Shown here: positions 9,600 to 17,914 of the stretch, one piece after another
How the letters are laid out: every line of letters begins with the position of its first letter
How positions within the stretch are numbered: position 1 is the stretch's first letter
Virus record (IMG/VR): IMGVR_UViG_3300005805_000246
Location: 1-34,835 of that record
Source of the DNA: a virus
Taxonomy: Duplodnaviria > Caudoviricetes
DNA: 34,835 bases
Direction: 5' to 3' (one strand)
Notes under the pieces: model-generated
The model's input: the letters and a program-made list of their open reading frames with translations, nothing else
Databases searched by the model: none
What the model was told of the DNA's origin: nothing
Program-made: the position numbers and the translations under genes

Positions 9600-9697
9600 G
9601 TCGCATCGGTTAGCCGGTGATCTGGGCCTAGCTTGCACCTTACGGGTACCACTCGTCTGCATCCGCAGCGGCAGGGGTCAGATATCTGATTAGCCCT
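9600..9697 (-). ncRNA. Structured 5' leader of the capsid gene (four hairpins, two with the same internal loop)
   Basis: Minus-strand stems GGCUAAUC-AGAUAUCU-GACCC, CUGC-GGAU-GCAG, GUACC-CGUAA-GGUGC and GGCCC-AGAUCACC-GGCUAACC. Confidence 0.5.
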
Positions 9698-9703
9698 AAT
9701 GGT

Positions 9704-9732
9704 TTTCTAAGGGTTTTGTCCGAGGAATGCAA
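9704..9732 (-). promoter_or_regulatory. Putative sigma70-type promoter for the capsid operon
   Basis: TTGCAT-17 nt-TAGAAA immediately downstream of the terminator. The -10 lacks the final T. Confidence 0.4.
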
Positions 9733-9738
9733 GGGGAT

Positions 9739-9766
9739 AAAAAAACCCAGGGCACAAGGCCCTGGG
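9739..9766 (-). terminator. Rho-independent terminator after the scaffold gene
   Basis: CCCAGGGC-cttgt-GCCCTGGG 8-bp stem followed by T7. Confidence 0.88.
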
Positions 9767-9821
9767 CAACCCCTTCAGCAAGGGGGAGGAGAAGAGAGAA
9801 TGAAGCAACAGCGGTTTAATG
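9739..9821 (-). ncRNA. Candidate 3'-UTR-derived anti-RBS small RNA
   Basis: Pyrimidine tract CAUUCUCUCUUCUCCUCC, hairpin CCCCUU-GCUG-AAGGGG, then the terminator. Complementary at 16/17 nt to the RBS and start codon at 17476-17492. Confidence 0.4.
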
Positions 9822-10592
9822 CTAACCGAAGTTCTGCAAAAATAGTTTCTCTACTTTGGCCCTGTATGCCGGGTCGGTCTGGTACTTAGGATCACCCACC
9901 ATGGCATAGAGCTCATCCTTGCTGGGCGCTCCCTCAATGGGCACAGACTCCTTGGGAATGCGGGTGCCCTCGTAGGTTTCCCGAAGCTTGGACAGGGCCA
10001 GGATACCCTTGGCCGTGCCACCCATGACCTTGAACTCCTCAAAGTCATCCTTGCCCCAGATGCCCTTGCGCACCAAACCACGGGCCCAGTCGGTCATGCC
10101 GTTGATGATTGCATCTGCATTGGGGCCAAGTGCTGCCTTTTCCTCGGCAACGCTGCGTTGCATCTGCACCTGCTGGTCCCCACCCATGGCCACCACATCA
10201 CCGACAAGCTTGTCGAATGCAGCCTGGCTGATGCCGTACTCCTTGGCCCACCCCAGGACATGGCTGCGCACCGGGTCATCTTCGGGGATATCTCCGAAGA
10301 CTGCCGTGTCGTATTTACCGTCCTCTGGTGGTTTGTGCTTGCCCTGGCTGATCTGCTTGCGCAAATCCATCCAACTCTTGGCAATGCCCTCTAGATCAGG
10401 CTCAGAGTTGTCCTTCTTCCAGAAGTTCTCTGGCCACCAATCTGGGCGCTCCAGTGGCTCATCTTCCTCGGGTGCCACCTTGTGCTCAATCTCGGTGGCG
10501 ACTGGGTTCTGCTGACCCTCATTTTCATCGGTAATGGTGGCCGAATCCAATAGGCCAGCATCGCTGCTGGGTTGGTTTTCTTGCGTTTCCAT
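9822..10592 (-). CDS. Capsid scaffolding protein
   Basis: 256 aa. Acidic N-terminus, RPDWWPENFW, C-terminal DPKYQTDPAYRAKVE. Lies between portal and capsid genes. Confidence 0.85.
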   Translation of the reverse strand: METQENQPSSDAGLLDSATITDENEGQQNPVATEIEHKVAPEEDEPLERPDWWPENFWKKDNSEPDLEGIAKSWMDLRKQISQGKHKPPEDGKYDTAVFGDIPEDDPVRSHVLGWAKEYGISQAAFDKLVGDVVAMGGDQQVQMQRSVAEEKAALGPNADAIINGMTDWARGLVRKGIWGKDDFEEFKVMGGTAKGILALSKLRETYEGTRIPKESVPIEGAPSKDELYAMVGDPKYQTDPAYRAKVEKLFLQNFG

Positions 10593-10855
10593 TAAATCTT
10601 CCTTGCTAGTTGTATCCGTGCTTTGAAGTCCCGAATCACGGACCTTTGCCCATCGGCATAGTATGCGTAAGACGGGTCAGTACCCGGCACGGCCACGGGC
10701 ACATCCACATAGGCCTGCTCCAACCACTCGAGCAGCTTGGCACCATCCTCAGAGGTGAACACCCTCAGCACTAGCTTGTTGAGGTCATCCCGCCCTTGTT
10801 GGGCATCTCTAATGTCTGGCGTTACTGGATCGTCGAGCTCATCCCAGCCCGGCAT
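10592..10855 (-). CDS. Conserved small protein between portal and scaffold (Bbp19-like)
   Basis: 87 aa. VFTSEDGAKLLEWL...DGQRSVI pattern. Coupled to both neighbours. Confidence 0.65.
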   Translation of the reverse strand: MPGWDELDDPVTPDIRDAQQGRDDLNKLVLRVFTSEDGAKLLEWLEQAYVDVPVAVPGTDPSYAYYADGQRSVIRDFKARIQLARKI

Positions 10856-12408
10856 CAGACAGCACCCTGTACAACCTGCGCGGCCACCTCAGGATTCTGC
10901 TCGGCCATCATGGCCATCTGCTGCATCTGCATCATCCGCTCCTCTGGGCTTCTGCGTATCTTCTGCGGCACCCCGAGCTTCTCAGCGATCAGGTCGAGCA
11001 TATCGCCCACCTTGATGGCCATCGCACCCTCTGGGCCGGCAGCCTGGGCAATCTGGGAGAACTGGAGAATGTTGTTTATCTCCTCCATGTTCTGCGCCAT
11101 GGCCAGCGGGGCCACGGCCGAAACCTTCACCTCCAGGCCATTGACACGCAGGGGCAGGTCAATCAGGCCACGCTCGTCCATCACCAGCAGAATCTTCTCC
11201 ACCAGCGGGATCATGGTCTCGTTGATCAGGCGGCCAAAGGCCGAGCCCAGATTCTGTGAGAGCTCCTTCATGCGCTCCACCACCTCAGTGGCAGACCTGG
11301 CGCTCATGTTATCGGGCGGCAGGGACTCGTCGAGCAGAATGCGCTTGATGTTGGCCCGCAGGTCATTGATCACAATCTGGGACACATTGAAGTCAGCACT
11401 CTTGGGCAGAGGCTTGAGGGACTCGCCCTGCGGTCCACCGTTTCTGGCCACCGGGATAATGGCACCCGGCAGAATCTTGACGGTGGCAGGGTTCAGCACC
11501 CCATCGTCTGCGGCTGTATACACCCCGGCAATGGCCAGGCTGGCATTCTTGAGCAGCAGCTCGAGCGTCTTGTTGAGTGTTTTGATATCTGGCAGGGCAG
11601 TGATCAGCGGGCCACGGCCGTAGATTTCCCCGGCCACCTTCATGTACCGGCTCACCACCCAGGGCGAGACCTTCATGCGACGGTAGACCAGCTCTTGCTT
11701 TCCCTCTTTGTAGATGACGTGATAGCAGTAGTCGCCCCGCTTCTGGTCAAAGACCGTGGCCTCGACCAGGTCTACGTCCTCGGTGGGCTTCTCGTCGATC
11801 AGGCGGGCCAGCTGCGAGCCTGGCTCAATCTTGGCATCAGGCCACTGGCGAGATATCGACTCAGCTTTCATGCGCATACGACGATACACATTGTCCACCT
11901 TGCCGTTGGCCCCCTCCTCAAATGCCACCAGGAACTGGGGCACGGGAATGAAGTTGATGGGACTGGTATCGTCACCCGGCTGCACCATCATCACAGCGGT
12001 TCCCACGGCCAGGTCGAGCAGAAACTCGCCCATGGCAATGTCAAAGTTTGATTGCTTTAATGTGGCAAAAAATTTCTCAGAATAAACATCCAGAGCTGCC
12101 TGCGCATCTGCCTTGCGGTCCTCTGGAATGTCCGGGCCCGGCTCAAGGCGTGCCCATTTGCGCTGCGGCGGGAAGATTCCAGACTGCAAACGGTTGGCAA
12201 ATCGCTGGGTAGAGTTGATGGCAGTCGAGTCAAAGACCCTGGCCATCTTCTTTGAGCCACCCACTTTGCCCTCGTAATACCCGTCATAGAGGTTGCGCTG
12301 CGGCAGAGCGAATTCGTAGGCATCCTCGTAGAGGTCTCGGAAGTCATCCTTCTTACGCAGTGCCATGTCATGGCGCTTGAGCACTTGCTCCGGGTTTAAT
12401 CGCATCAT
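10855..12408 (-). CDS. Portal (head-tail connector) protein
   Basis: FDSTA, SNF, GEIYGRGP, SATEV motifs of the T7/BPP-1-type connector family. Likely start ATG 12408 or 12405 after AAGGA. Confidence 0.93.
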   Translation of the reverse strand: MMRLNPEQVLKRHDMALRKKDDFRDLYEDAYEFALPQRNLYDGYYEGKVGGSKKMARVFDSTAINSTQRFANRLQSGIFPPQRKWARLEPGPDIPEDRKADAQAALDVYSEKFFATLKQSNFDIAMGEFLLDLAVGTAVMMVQPGDDTSPINFIPVPQFLVAFEEGANGKVDNVYRRMRMKAESISRQWPDAKIEPGSQLARLIDEKPTEDVDLVEATVFDQKRGDYCYHVIYKEGKQELVYRRMKVSPWVVSRYMKVAGEIYGRGPLITALPDIKTLNKTLELLLKNASLAIAGVYTAADDGVLNPATVKILPGAIIPVARNGGPQGESLKPLPKSADFNVSQIVINDLRANIKRILLDESLPPDNMSARSATEVVERMKELSQNLGSAFGRLINETMIPLVEKILLVMDERGLIDLPLRVNGLEVKVSAVAPLAMAQNMEEINNILQFSQIAQAAGPEGAMAIKVGDMLDLIAEKLGVPQKIRRSPEERMMQMQQMAMMAEQNPEVAAQVVQGAV

Positions 12409-12412
12409 GTCG

Positions 12413-12682
12413 TTAGTCCTTTTTGTGTCTTTGCGCAAAGTTGCGGGCGGCCTCTTTGCTGCCGAATCCCCAGGCCTTCAGTGCAAGCTTTAGCCTGGTG
12501 GGCTTGCCGTTCTCATCGACCAACGGGCCGGCCATGCCACCGAACCTGGCGGCAAACGACACCCGGCGTGGGTTGGTGCCAGACTTCACCGGGGCCTTGA
12601 GGTCAGCACCCTCGGTGCGCTTGAAGAATTTGCGGCCAGCCTCGGTCAGACCACCCTTTGGATTTTTATGTTCTTTCCTCAT
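12413..12682 (-). CDS. Small basic protein (DUF6321-like)
   Basis: KNPKGGLTEAGRK...RRVSFAARFGGM. ATGA overlap at 12679-12682. Confidence 0.65.
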   Translation of the reverse strand: MRKEHKNPKGGLTEAGRKFFKRTEGADLKAPVKSGTNPRRVSFAARFGGMAGPLVDENGKPTRLKLALKAWGFGSKEAARNFAQRHKKD

Positions 12683-13263
12683 TCTGCCCACTCCACAATA
12701 ACCTCGGCCGCATGGGCCGTGCCATTGACGTTGGTCAGTCGAATCAGATAGCTGGTCAATGGCTTGAGGATTAGATTGCTTGAGCCAATATCTCCACCGC
12801 CGGCTTTCTTGCCCGATCCGCCGAGCAGAATCTGTTTGAGCACTAACGTGCCCACATTGGTCACAGTGGGGCCAATGGTGATGGCCGACTGGCTGGCTAT
12901 AGCAGAATTGCGATTAAGCTTGACGGCCGTAGCTGCGGTGCCGCCAGTCATCGTCGCCCCCTCGTACAGAAAACCCATGGCGTCTCCAGCGCACAGGCCA
13001 AAGAACGAAACTGTGGGTGTTACGCCGGCATTCCAGGCAATACCGATATCAATTGATGCGCCATCGGCCAACGGGGCGGCAAAGTCATAGACCACCCCAA
13101 CCCCGTAGACCTTGCCATCCCTAAGCTTTTGCTCGCCGTACTCAATCTGCGGCAATGGGTCATCCACGCTACCGACAACCTGATTGCCATTGGCGGCCAT
13201 GTAGGTTGGGGTCACCAACCGGCTGGCCGTGGTCAGCGATTCTCTATCTACTGTCAGGCTCAT
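12679..13263 (-). CDS. Hypothetical beta-rich protein, probably a virion component
   Basis: 194 aa, Gly/Ala/Thr-rich, in the head operon, ATGA coupled. Confidence 0.6.
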   Translation of the reverse strand: MSLTVDRESLTTASRLVTPTYMAANGNQVVGSVDDPLPQIEYGEQKLRDGKVYGVGVVYDFAAPLADGASIDIGIAWNAGVTPTVSFFGLCAGDAMGFLYEGATMTGGTAATAVKLNRNSAIASQSAITIGPTVTNVGTLVLKQILLGGSGKKAGGGDIGSSNLILKPLTSYLIRLTNVNGTAHAAEVIVEWAE

Positions 13264-13451
13264 GTTTGTGTAAACCGTATGGGGATGCAGCCAGGGATAA
13301 CCACAGGGATGCCAATGCCCTCGAGCTCGTCAACAACCTTGTTAACCTTCTCTTCACAAGCTTCTATGGTCGGGTAAGGCGTGCGGGTGTCGGCAAAGAA
13401 GTTGCACTCGCCGGGCACACAGAAAGCCACCACAGCGAGCCAGCCAATCAT
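13260..13451 (-). CDS. Small Cys-containing hypothetical protein with a hydrophobic N-terminus
   Basis: 63 aa, four Cys, ATGA overlaps on both sides. Confidence 0.65.
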   Translation of the reverse strand: MIGWLAVVAFCVPGECNFFADTRTPYPTIEACEEKVNKVVDELEGIGIPVVIPGCIPIRFTQT

Positions 13452-13600
13452 TTTTTAGCCTTCATGGCTGTTTTGGCCGCTTTCCTGAAAGCTTCAGCAG
13501 TGGGAGCACCCTCGGTGCCGGGCTTGCGCATCTTCTCGCCAGAGCCTTCGGCTATGCGCTGCCTCTTTTTGTGGATGTTGGCATAGAGACCGGGCTTCAT
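13448..13600 (-). CDS. Small basic phage protein (50 aa)
   Basis: MKPGLYANIHKKRQRIAEGSGEKMRKPGTEGAPTAEAFRKAAKTAMKAKK. ATGA overlaps at both ends. Below the ORF-track cutoff. Confidence 0.8.
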   Translation of the reverse strand: MKPGLYANIHKKRQRIAEGSGEKMRKPGTEGAPTAEAFRKAAKTAMKAKK

Positions 13601-13746
13601 TTTTTGTAACCCGCCTCAGACATGGCAATGGCCACGGCCTGCTTTTGGTTGCTAACCTTCTGGCCGGAGCTCGACTTCAGCTTGCCGGCCTTGTACTCAC
13701 GCATAACAGTGGCCACCTTTTTCTGCATCTTGCTGGTATCTGGCAT
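13597..13746 (-). CDS. Small basic protein (DUF6496-like, 49 aa)
   Basis: MPDTSKMQKKVATVMREYKAGKLKSSSGQKVSNQKQAVAIAMSEAGYKK. Coupled to the downstream gene. Confidence 0.75.
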   Translation of the reverse strand: MPDTSKMQKKVATVMREYKAGKLKSSSGQKVSNQKQAVAIAMSEAGYKK

Positions 13747-13748
13747 GG

Positions 13749-13985
13749 TTATAGTCCCGTCTGGCCGAGAGTGGTAACACCCTCTTCTGGATTGAGCCGG
13801 CTCTCTGAGAGCAGGGCCCGTGCGCCACGACGTGCACGACGGCGAGCTGCTCGATCTTCTGCCATGTCTGCCGAAGCTGGCCTGGCTGCCGGGGCCTCTG
13901 CCCTCGCAGCTGGTGCGGCCGCTGGTGCTGGTGCAGGCTTTGAAAGCCCAAGCGCTTTTGTTACTGGTTTAGCAACGCCACCCAT
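13749..13985 (-). CDS. Small putative virion protein, paralog B (78 aa)
   Basis: MGGVAKP...RRRARRGARALLSESRLNPEEGVTTLGQTGL. TAATG coupling and GGAGG RBS. Confidence 0.75.
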   Translation of the reverse strand: MGGVAKPVTKALGLSKPAPAPAAAPAARAEAPAARPASADMAEDRAARRRARRGARALLSESRLNPEEGVTTLGQTGL

Positions 13986-14227
13986 TATGATTGCCCTCCT
14001 ACTGATCCAAGAGTTGTTACACCTTCCTCGGGATTGACCCGAGCCCCAGACAACAGCATCCGAGAGCCGCCACGCAGACGGGCACGCTGGCGTGCAGCTG
14101 CCTGCTCCGATAGCTCTCGACGCTCTTCTTCCTGTTGTTGCTTCATGCGCTCGTTTTCTGCACGCTGCTCTGCGAGCTGCCGTTCTGCTGGACCAGTGTC
14201 TGGCCGGCCTCCAAATAATCCACTCAT
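13985..14227 (-). CDS. Small putative virion protein, paralog A (80 aa)
   Basis: MSGLFGG...RQRARLRGGSRMLLSGARVNPEEGVTTLGSVGGQS. GAGGT RBS. Confidence 0.75.
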   Translation of the reverse strand: MSGLFGGRPDTGPAERQLAEQRAENERMKQQQEEERRELSEQAAARQRARLRGGSRMLLSGARVNPEEGVTTLGSVGGQS

Positions 14228-14715
14228 TTGCACCTCGACATGATGTAGTGATCTGCCCCATCGGGACCATAACGGCGCATGATTCCTTCCTCCTTAAACC
14301 CCAGAAAAAGTGCCCACTTGTGCGCCCTCGTATCGCTTGTTCTAACCGCTATCTGCACCCGGTGCAATTCATAAGATATCTGCAAGATATCGAAAAACAC
14401 CTGTCCCATCTTTGTGAGGCCAATCGGTTTGGTCCTGGCCTTGTCGTCGGCAATGAGCCAGGCTTCTGCCACCCCGGTCCAGATTGGCACAAACCCAAAG
14501 CAGGCAACGGGTTGCAGGTTTAGGAACGCAGTCACAGACGGACCCAGGCTGGCCTGGTTGGCGATAGCCTGAGAGATATCTATGAACTTGCTGGCGGCCA
14601 CAATCTCGGGCTGGGTGACGTTCAGGCGCTCTGTATGGGCTGGGGAGAAGGGCATAAAGAATGCCCCCTTGACCTTGCAGCTGCGGTTGAGCTGCTCAAC
14701 GAATTGAAAAAACAT
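14224..14715 (-). CDS. GNAT-fold acyltransferase (T7 gp13-like)
   Basis: 163 aa. ACFGFVPIWTGVAEAW...RVQIAV...AHKWALFLGFKEEGIMRRYGPDGADH. Confidence 0.78.
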   Translation of the reverse strand: MFFQFVEQLNRSCKVKGAFFMPFSPAHTERLNVTQPEIVAASKFIDISQAIANQASLGPSVTAFLNLQPVACFGFVPIWTGVAEAWLIADDKARTKPIGLTKMGQVFFDILQISYELHRVQIAVRTSDTRAHKWALFLGFKEEGIMRRYGPDGADHYIMSRCK

Positions 14716-16255
14716 CGAACTCCGCTGTGGCCACGGTTGGGGCCATGAATGTGCCGGTGGCTTGCAGGCCGCTCTTGGTCATGCGCTTGTGCTCTCCACC
14801 GCCCAGCAGCAGGTAGCCGAAGGCATCACCAATGTGCGAGTGCTCATTCTTGTTGGGTGCATCTCGGAACCGCTCCTGGCCGGCACCAATAGCCACCCGT
14901 TTGAAGTGGTAGCCACCGGCCAGAGACTTGCGCAGCAGCTTGCACTCACGGTTCACAATCAAGCCAGGCTTGCCATTGATCAGGCGCTGCATGGGCATGG
15001 CCGCTGCCTCTCGTCTGACCTTGAAGTCGTTGCTATAGGTTGGCTGGGCACGCAGCCCCAGGGTGCGCAGGTGGTCGAAAGCCGTCACCTCGTAGATGGC
15101 ATCCCTGGCCATACCGGCCGGGTCACCCCACAGCATGATCTGGGCAGTTGGGTATTTCGCATTGAGCTCGGCCAATAGCTGCTGGCCAAACCGCTCGAGG
15201 CCCATGTCGAAAGTGACAATTTCATGCAAGATGACCCAGCGGCCATTGGGATATCTCTGGCCAACGACGGCAGCAGGGGTGAGACCGAAGTCGAGGCCCA
15301 CTTGGATGGGCAACTGCGGGTCGTAGTCCACCTCGCCGGCCATCATGCTGTCGTCGTACTCTGGCCAGACCGGCCGGCCCTCTTGGACATAGGTGTACAG
15401 GCCACCGGCATAGCACCGAATCCAGTCCAGGTTCTTGCCCAGCAGCATCTGCTGGTAGTAACCGGCTGGCAGGTTGCCGACGTTCTCAGCCTTGGGATTG
15501 AGCTTCCACCACTTGCCAGACGAAAAGACGTGGTCCTGGGCTTCTGGGTTTTCAGGCAGATCAGCTGCATCGACTTCGACCATGCCGCCTGGCTGCTTGT
15601 AGAACTTCCAGGCGTAAGGTCCGGTCATCTTTTCCTTTTCTGCCATACGGAACCACCAGTGGTCATCATCCATTGGATTAGTGTCCATCCAGATGCCGTG
15701 CCAGGTAGCACCACCGTCCCGCTTGGTGGGGTAGCGGCCGACTCGATGGGTGAGGCCATCGATCACCGCTTTTGGCAGCTCTCGAGCCTCGTTCACCCAT
15801 GCGCCTGTGAGCTCAAGGGATAGCAGTTTTCGCACGTCTTTCGGTTGGTCTAGGGCCAGGAAGATGACCTCGCAGTCGATGCCAGCAGCGTCGCCCCTGG
15901 ATGGCAGCCGAATGTGGTGCGTGATGGGTGGAGTCCACAGCATTGGCCCGAATGTGGCCTCTGGGAACAGGTCCAGCCACGTCTTGATCGTGGTGGTCTT
16001 CAGCATTGGGTAGCTGTTGCGTACAATTGCGAAGCGGGTGTATCGGATGCCATCGGCAGGGGAAGGCTTTTGCCTGACGGCACGCAACATCACCTCAGCA
16101 GCACAGGCGTAGCTCTTGCCAGAGCCTACTGGCCCCATCACTCCACGCACAAATGCGTTGCTTTGCAGAAAGTCGTAGACGATGGGACTGGTGCGAAAGT
16201 CTAGGTTGAGACCGCCGGTCAGCTCTTTGGTAGACCGCTCCTTGGTTCTGCTCAT
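14696..16255 (-). CDS. terL: Terminase large subunit
   Basis: 519 aa. Walker A GPVGSGKS, Walker B AWVNE, DTNP coupling motif, nuclease VGLDFG and HSHIGDA. Confidence 0.95.
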   Translation of the reverse strand: MSRTKERSTKELTGGLNLDFRTSPIVYDFLQSNAFVRGVMGPVGSGKSYACAAEVMLRAVRQKPSPADGIRYTRFAIVRNSYPMLKTTTIKTWLDLFPEATFGPMLWTPPITHHIRLPSRGDAAGIDCEVIFLALDQPKDVRKLLSLELTGAWVNEARELPKAVIDGLTHRVGRYPTKRDGGATWHGIWMDTNPMDDDHWWFRMAEKEKMTGPYAWKFYKQPGGMVEVDAADLPENPEAQDHVFSSGKWWKLNPKAENVGNLPAGYYQQMLLGKNLDWIRCYAGGLYTYVQEGRPVWPEYDDSMMAGEVDYDPQLPIQVGLDFGLTPAAVVGQRYPNGRWVILHEIVTFDMGLERFGQQLLAELNAKYPTAQIMLWGDPAGMARDAIYEVTAFDHLRTLGLRAQPTYSNDFKVRREAAAMPMQRLINGKPGLIVNRECKLLRKSLAGGYHFKRVAIGAGQERFRDAPNKNEHSHIGDAFGYLLLGGGEHKRMTKSGLQATGTFMAPTVATAEFDVFSIR

Positions 16256-16935
16256 CTAACCCCCATCATGTTGTCTCTTTCGGTTAGCCAGGCCTGGGCG
16301 AAGTCACAATCCTTGTGGTGGTCGAACCATGGCCCGCCAGAGGTGTAGTGGATGGCCTTGAGCCTGTCGTATTTGGGTGGATACCACCCAGCCAGGTAAT
16401 TCCAGCCAATGTGCAGGCTCCCGATCTCGTCGTCTTTGAGCCACTGGAACTGGTGCAAGTAGCTGGGCTCGGCCGTATTGACCACTTCTGGGGTCAGTGC
16501 CTGCACCGAAGGGTGGTTACATTGAAAAACTATCAGTGAAGACCAGTTTTTTCGAGGATATTGGTGCTGCCTGCACCCGTCCATCTTGACCGTTTCGGTG
16601 GGTTGGTAGTCGTGCTTGACCACCGAGACCGCCTTGGTGGGATCAATCTCTTGGAATATGGCCCGGATATCGTCCAGAAACAGAAAGTCACAGTCAACGA
16701 AGATGGCAAACCCGTGCGGGCCGGCCAGGGTTGGGGTCAGAAACCTGGTCAGACTGAACTCTGTGGAAGCTTTGAGGTCTGTAGGTCTGGTGTAGAGACC
16801 TTTGTCTCGCATCTCGGCTTGGATGATGGGCTCAACCGAGACCTGCTCCGGGTCTGTTCTGGCCAGGATAGAGTGCCTGCACACTTCCCAGGCAATGTTC
16901 TCCCGCCGATCCCAGCCGACAAAGACCTTAATCAT
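16252..16935 (-). CDS. GT-A fold glycosyltransferase (Cdi-like/GT8-related)
   Basis: 227 aa. VFVGWD, STEFSLTRF, DxD in FVDCDFL, YPRKNWSS, WNYL, IHYTSGGPW. Confidence 0.82.
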   Translation of the reverse strand: MIKVFVGWDRRENIAWEVCRHSILARTDPEQVSVEPIIQAEMRDKGLYTRPTDLKASTEFSLTRFLTPTLAGPHGFAIFVDCDFLFLDDIRAIFQEIDPTKAVSVVKHDYQPTETVKMDGCRQHQYPRKNWSSLIVFQCNHPSVQALTPEVVNTAEPSYLHQFQWLKDDEIGSLHIGWNYLAGWYPPKYDRLKAIHYTSGGPWFDHHKDCDFAQAWLTERDNMMGVR

Positions 16936-17078
16936 TTATTCGCAGCCAGCCAGACACCGGCCTGCGCCACTGCGTAGCCCAGGAACATCAGAGCCAGGTC
17001 GAACTTGCCCTGCCGGTAAAGGTCCACGCAGACCACCATGTAGATTCCACCGACCAAGGCAATGAGCCAGGAGCTCAT
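16932..17078 (-). CDS. Small two-helix membrane protein (48 aa)
   Basis: MSSWLIALVGGIYMVVCVDLYRQGKFDLALMFLGYAVAQAGVWLAANK. ATGA overlaps at both ends. Not in the ORF track. Confidence 0.75.
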   Translation of the reverse strand: MSSWLIALVGGIYMVVCVDLYRQGKFDLALMFLGYAVAQAGVWLAANK

Positions 17079-17275
17079 ACCCTGCCCCGGATGCACTGTG
17101 CGGCATAGGCGAAGTAATTATGGCTGCGAGCATTGGATTGCATCTTGTCGAGCAGGTCTGCAATCTCCAGGCGCTCATGGTAGGCAGCCCGCTTACACAA
17201 TTCGATCAGGAACTCCTCAGCGTCGATGCCATCGGGCATTCCCTGGACGATATCTATAGCGTCTTGCTTGGTCAT
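17075..17275 (-). CDS. Hypothetical protein (66 aa)
   Basis: MTKQDAIDIV...HERLEIADLLD...CIRGRV. GGAGG RBS, ATGA coupling. Confidence 0.7.
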   Translation of the reverse strand: MTKQDAIDIVQGMPDGIDAEEFLIELCKRAAYHERLEIADLLDKMQSNARSHNYFAYAAQCIRGRV

Positions 17276-17478
17276 TTGGGTGCCTCCACCAGCTGCTGGC
17301 CACTGGCCCACAGTGACACGCAGGTCTGCTCCAATTCCCAGCTTACGGGTGATCGCAGGCTCAAGACATCAGCACGGCCGGCCTTGTAGCTGGCAATGTG
17401 CCACTGGCTATGGTCCTGGCCAGGTAGTATCCAAAGGGCTACAGCCACGCCGGCCACAAAGCTTATAAGTTTTCCCAT
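17272..17478 (-). CDS. Small membrane-anchored hypothetical protein
   Basis: 68 aa, N-terminal hydrophobic helix, GAGGAG RBS. Confidence 0.7.
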   Translation of the reverse strand: MGKLISFVAGVAVALWILPGQDHSQWHIASYKAGRADVLSLRSPVSWELEQTCVSLWASGQQLVEAPK

Positions 17479-17714
17479 TCTCTTTTCTCCTCTTTTTTGG
17501 CGTATCCACGCTCGACAAAGGCGACCTCGGTTTCGAGCAGGGATATCCGTCTGTTTAGATTTTGAATCTCTTGCTTAAAGAACTTCTGTGCTTCTCCCCA
17601 GCCGGCATCGAATGCGTACTCGGCCACCTTTTCCTCGTCTTCGGTCCAATAGCGCAGGTCTGCCTTGGTCTTGCGCATATCCCGAATCCAGTCATAGAAA
17701 CATTCATAGATCAT
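17463..17714 (-). CDS. Hypothetical protein
   Basis: 83 aa, TAAGGAG RBS, C-terminal coiled coil. Confidence 0.7.
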   Translation of the reverse strand: MIYECFYDWIRDMRKTKADLRYWTEDEEKVAEYAFDAGWGEAQKFFKQEIQNLNRRISLLETEVAFVERGYAKKEEKREWENL

Positions 17715-17914
17715 GTGTTCTTCTCCTTACCCCAGACACCAACCTCACCAACCCTCGCTAAATCCGGCTGCGCTAGTGCTTGGCGCAATCGTGCTATTGC
17801 CTTCTCTTCACGTTTGTATTGGATCGCCTGGCCTGGGTCATTGGGGTCGGTGCCAGTTGATTCCAGGGTCCACATAGCCAGCTCGGCTGCTTCTTGTAGA
17901 TTTATTCCCGTCAT
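17711..17914 (-). CDS. Hypothetical protein
   Basis: 67 aa, GGAGG RBS, ATGA coupling. Confidence 0.68.
   Translation of the reverse strand: MTGINLQEAAELAMWTLESTGTDPNDPGQAIQYKREEKAIARLRQALAQPDLARVGEVGVWGKEKNT

Noticed and set aside
9800-9889. Plus-strand 29-codon ORF behind a GGAGG sequence
   Set aside because: Antisense to the scaffold 3' end with no evident plus-strand promoter. It remains a weak alternative to the sRNA reading.
13749-14270. 173-aa ORF-track call
   Set aside because: The upstream extension overlaps two better genes. The true start is probably 13985 (RBS and TAATG coupling).
16936-17178. 80-aa ORF-track call
   Set aside because: Wrong frame. The 48-aa membrane protein at 16932-17078 is coupled at both ends.
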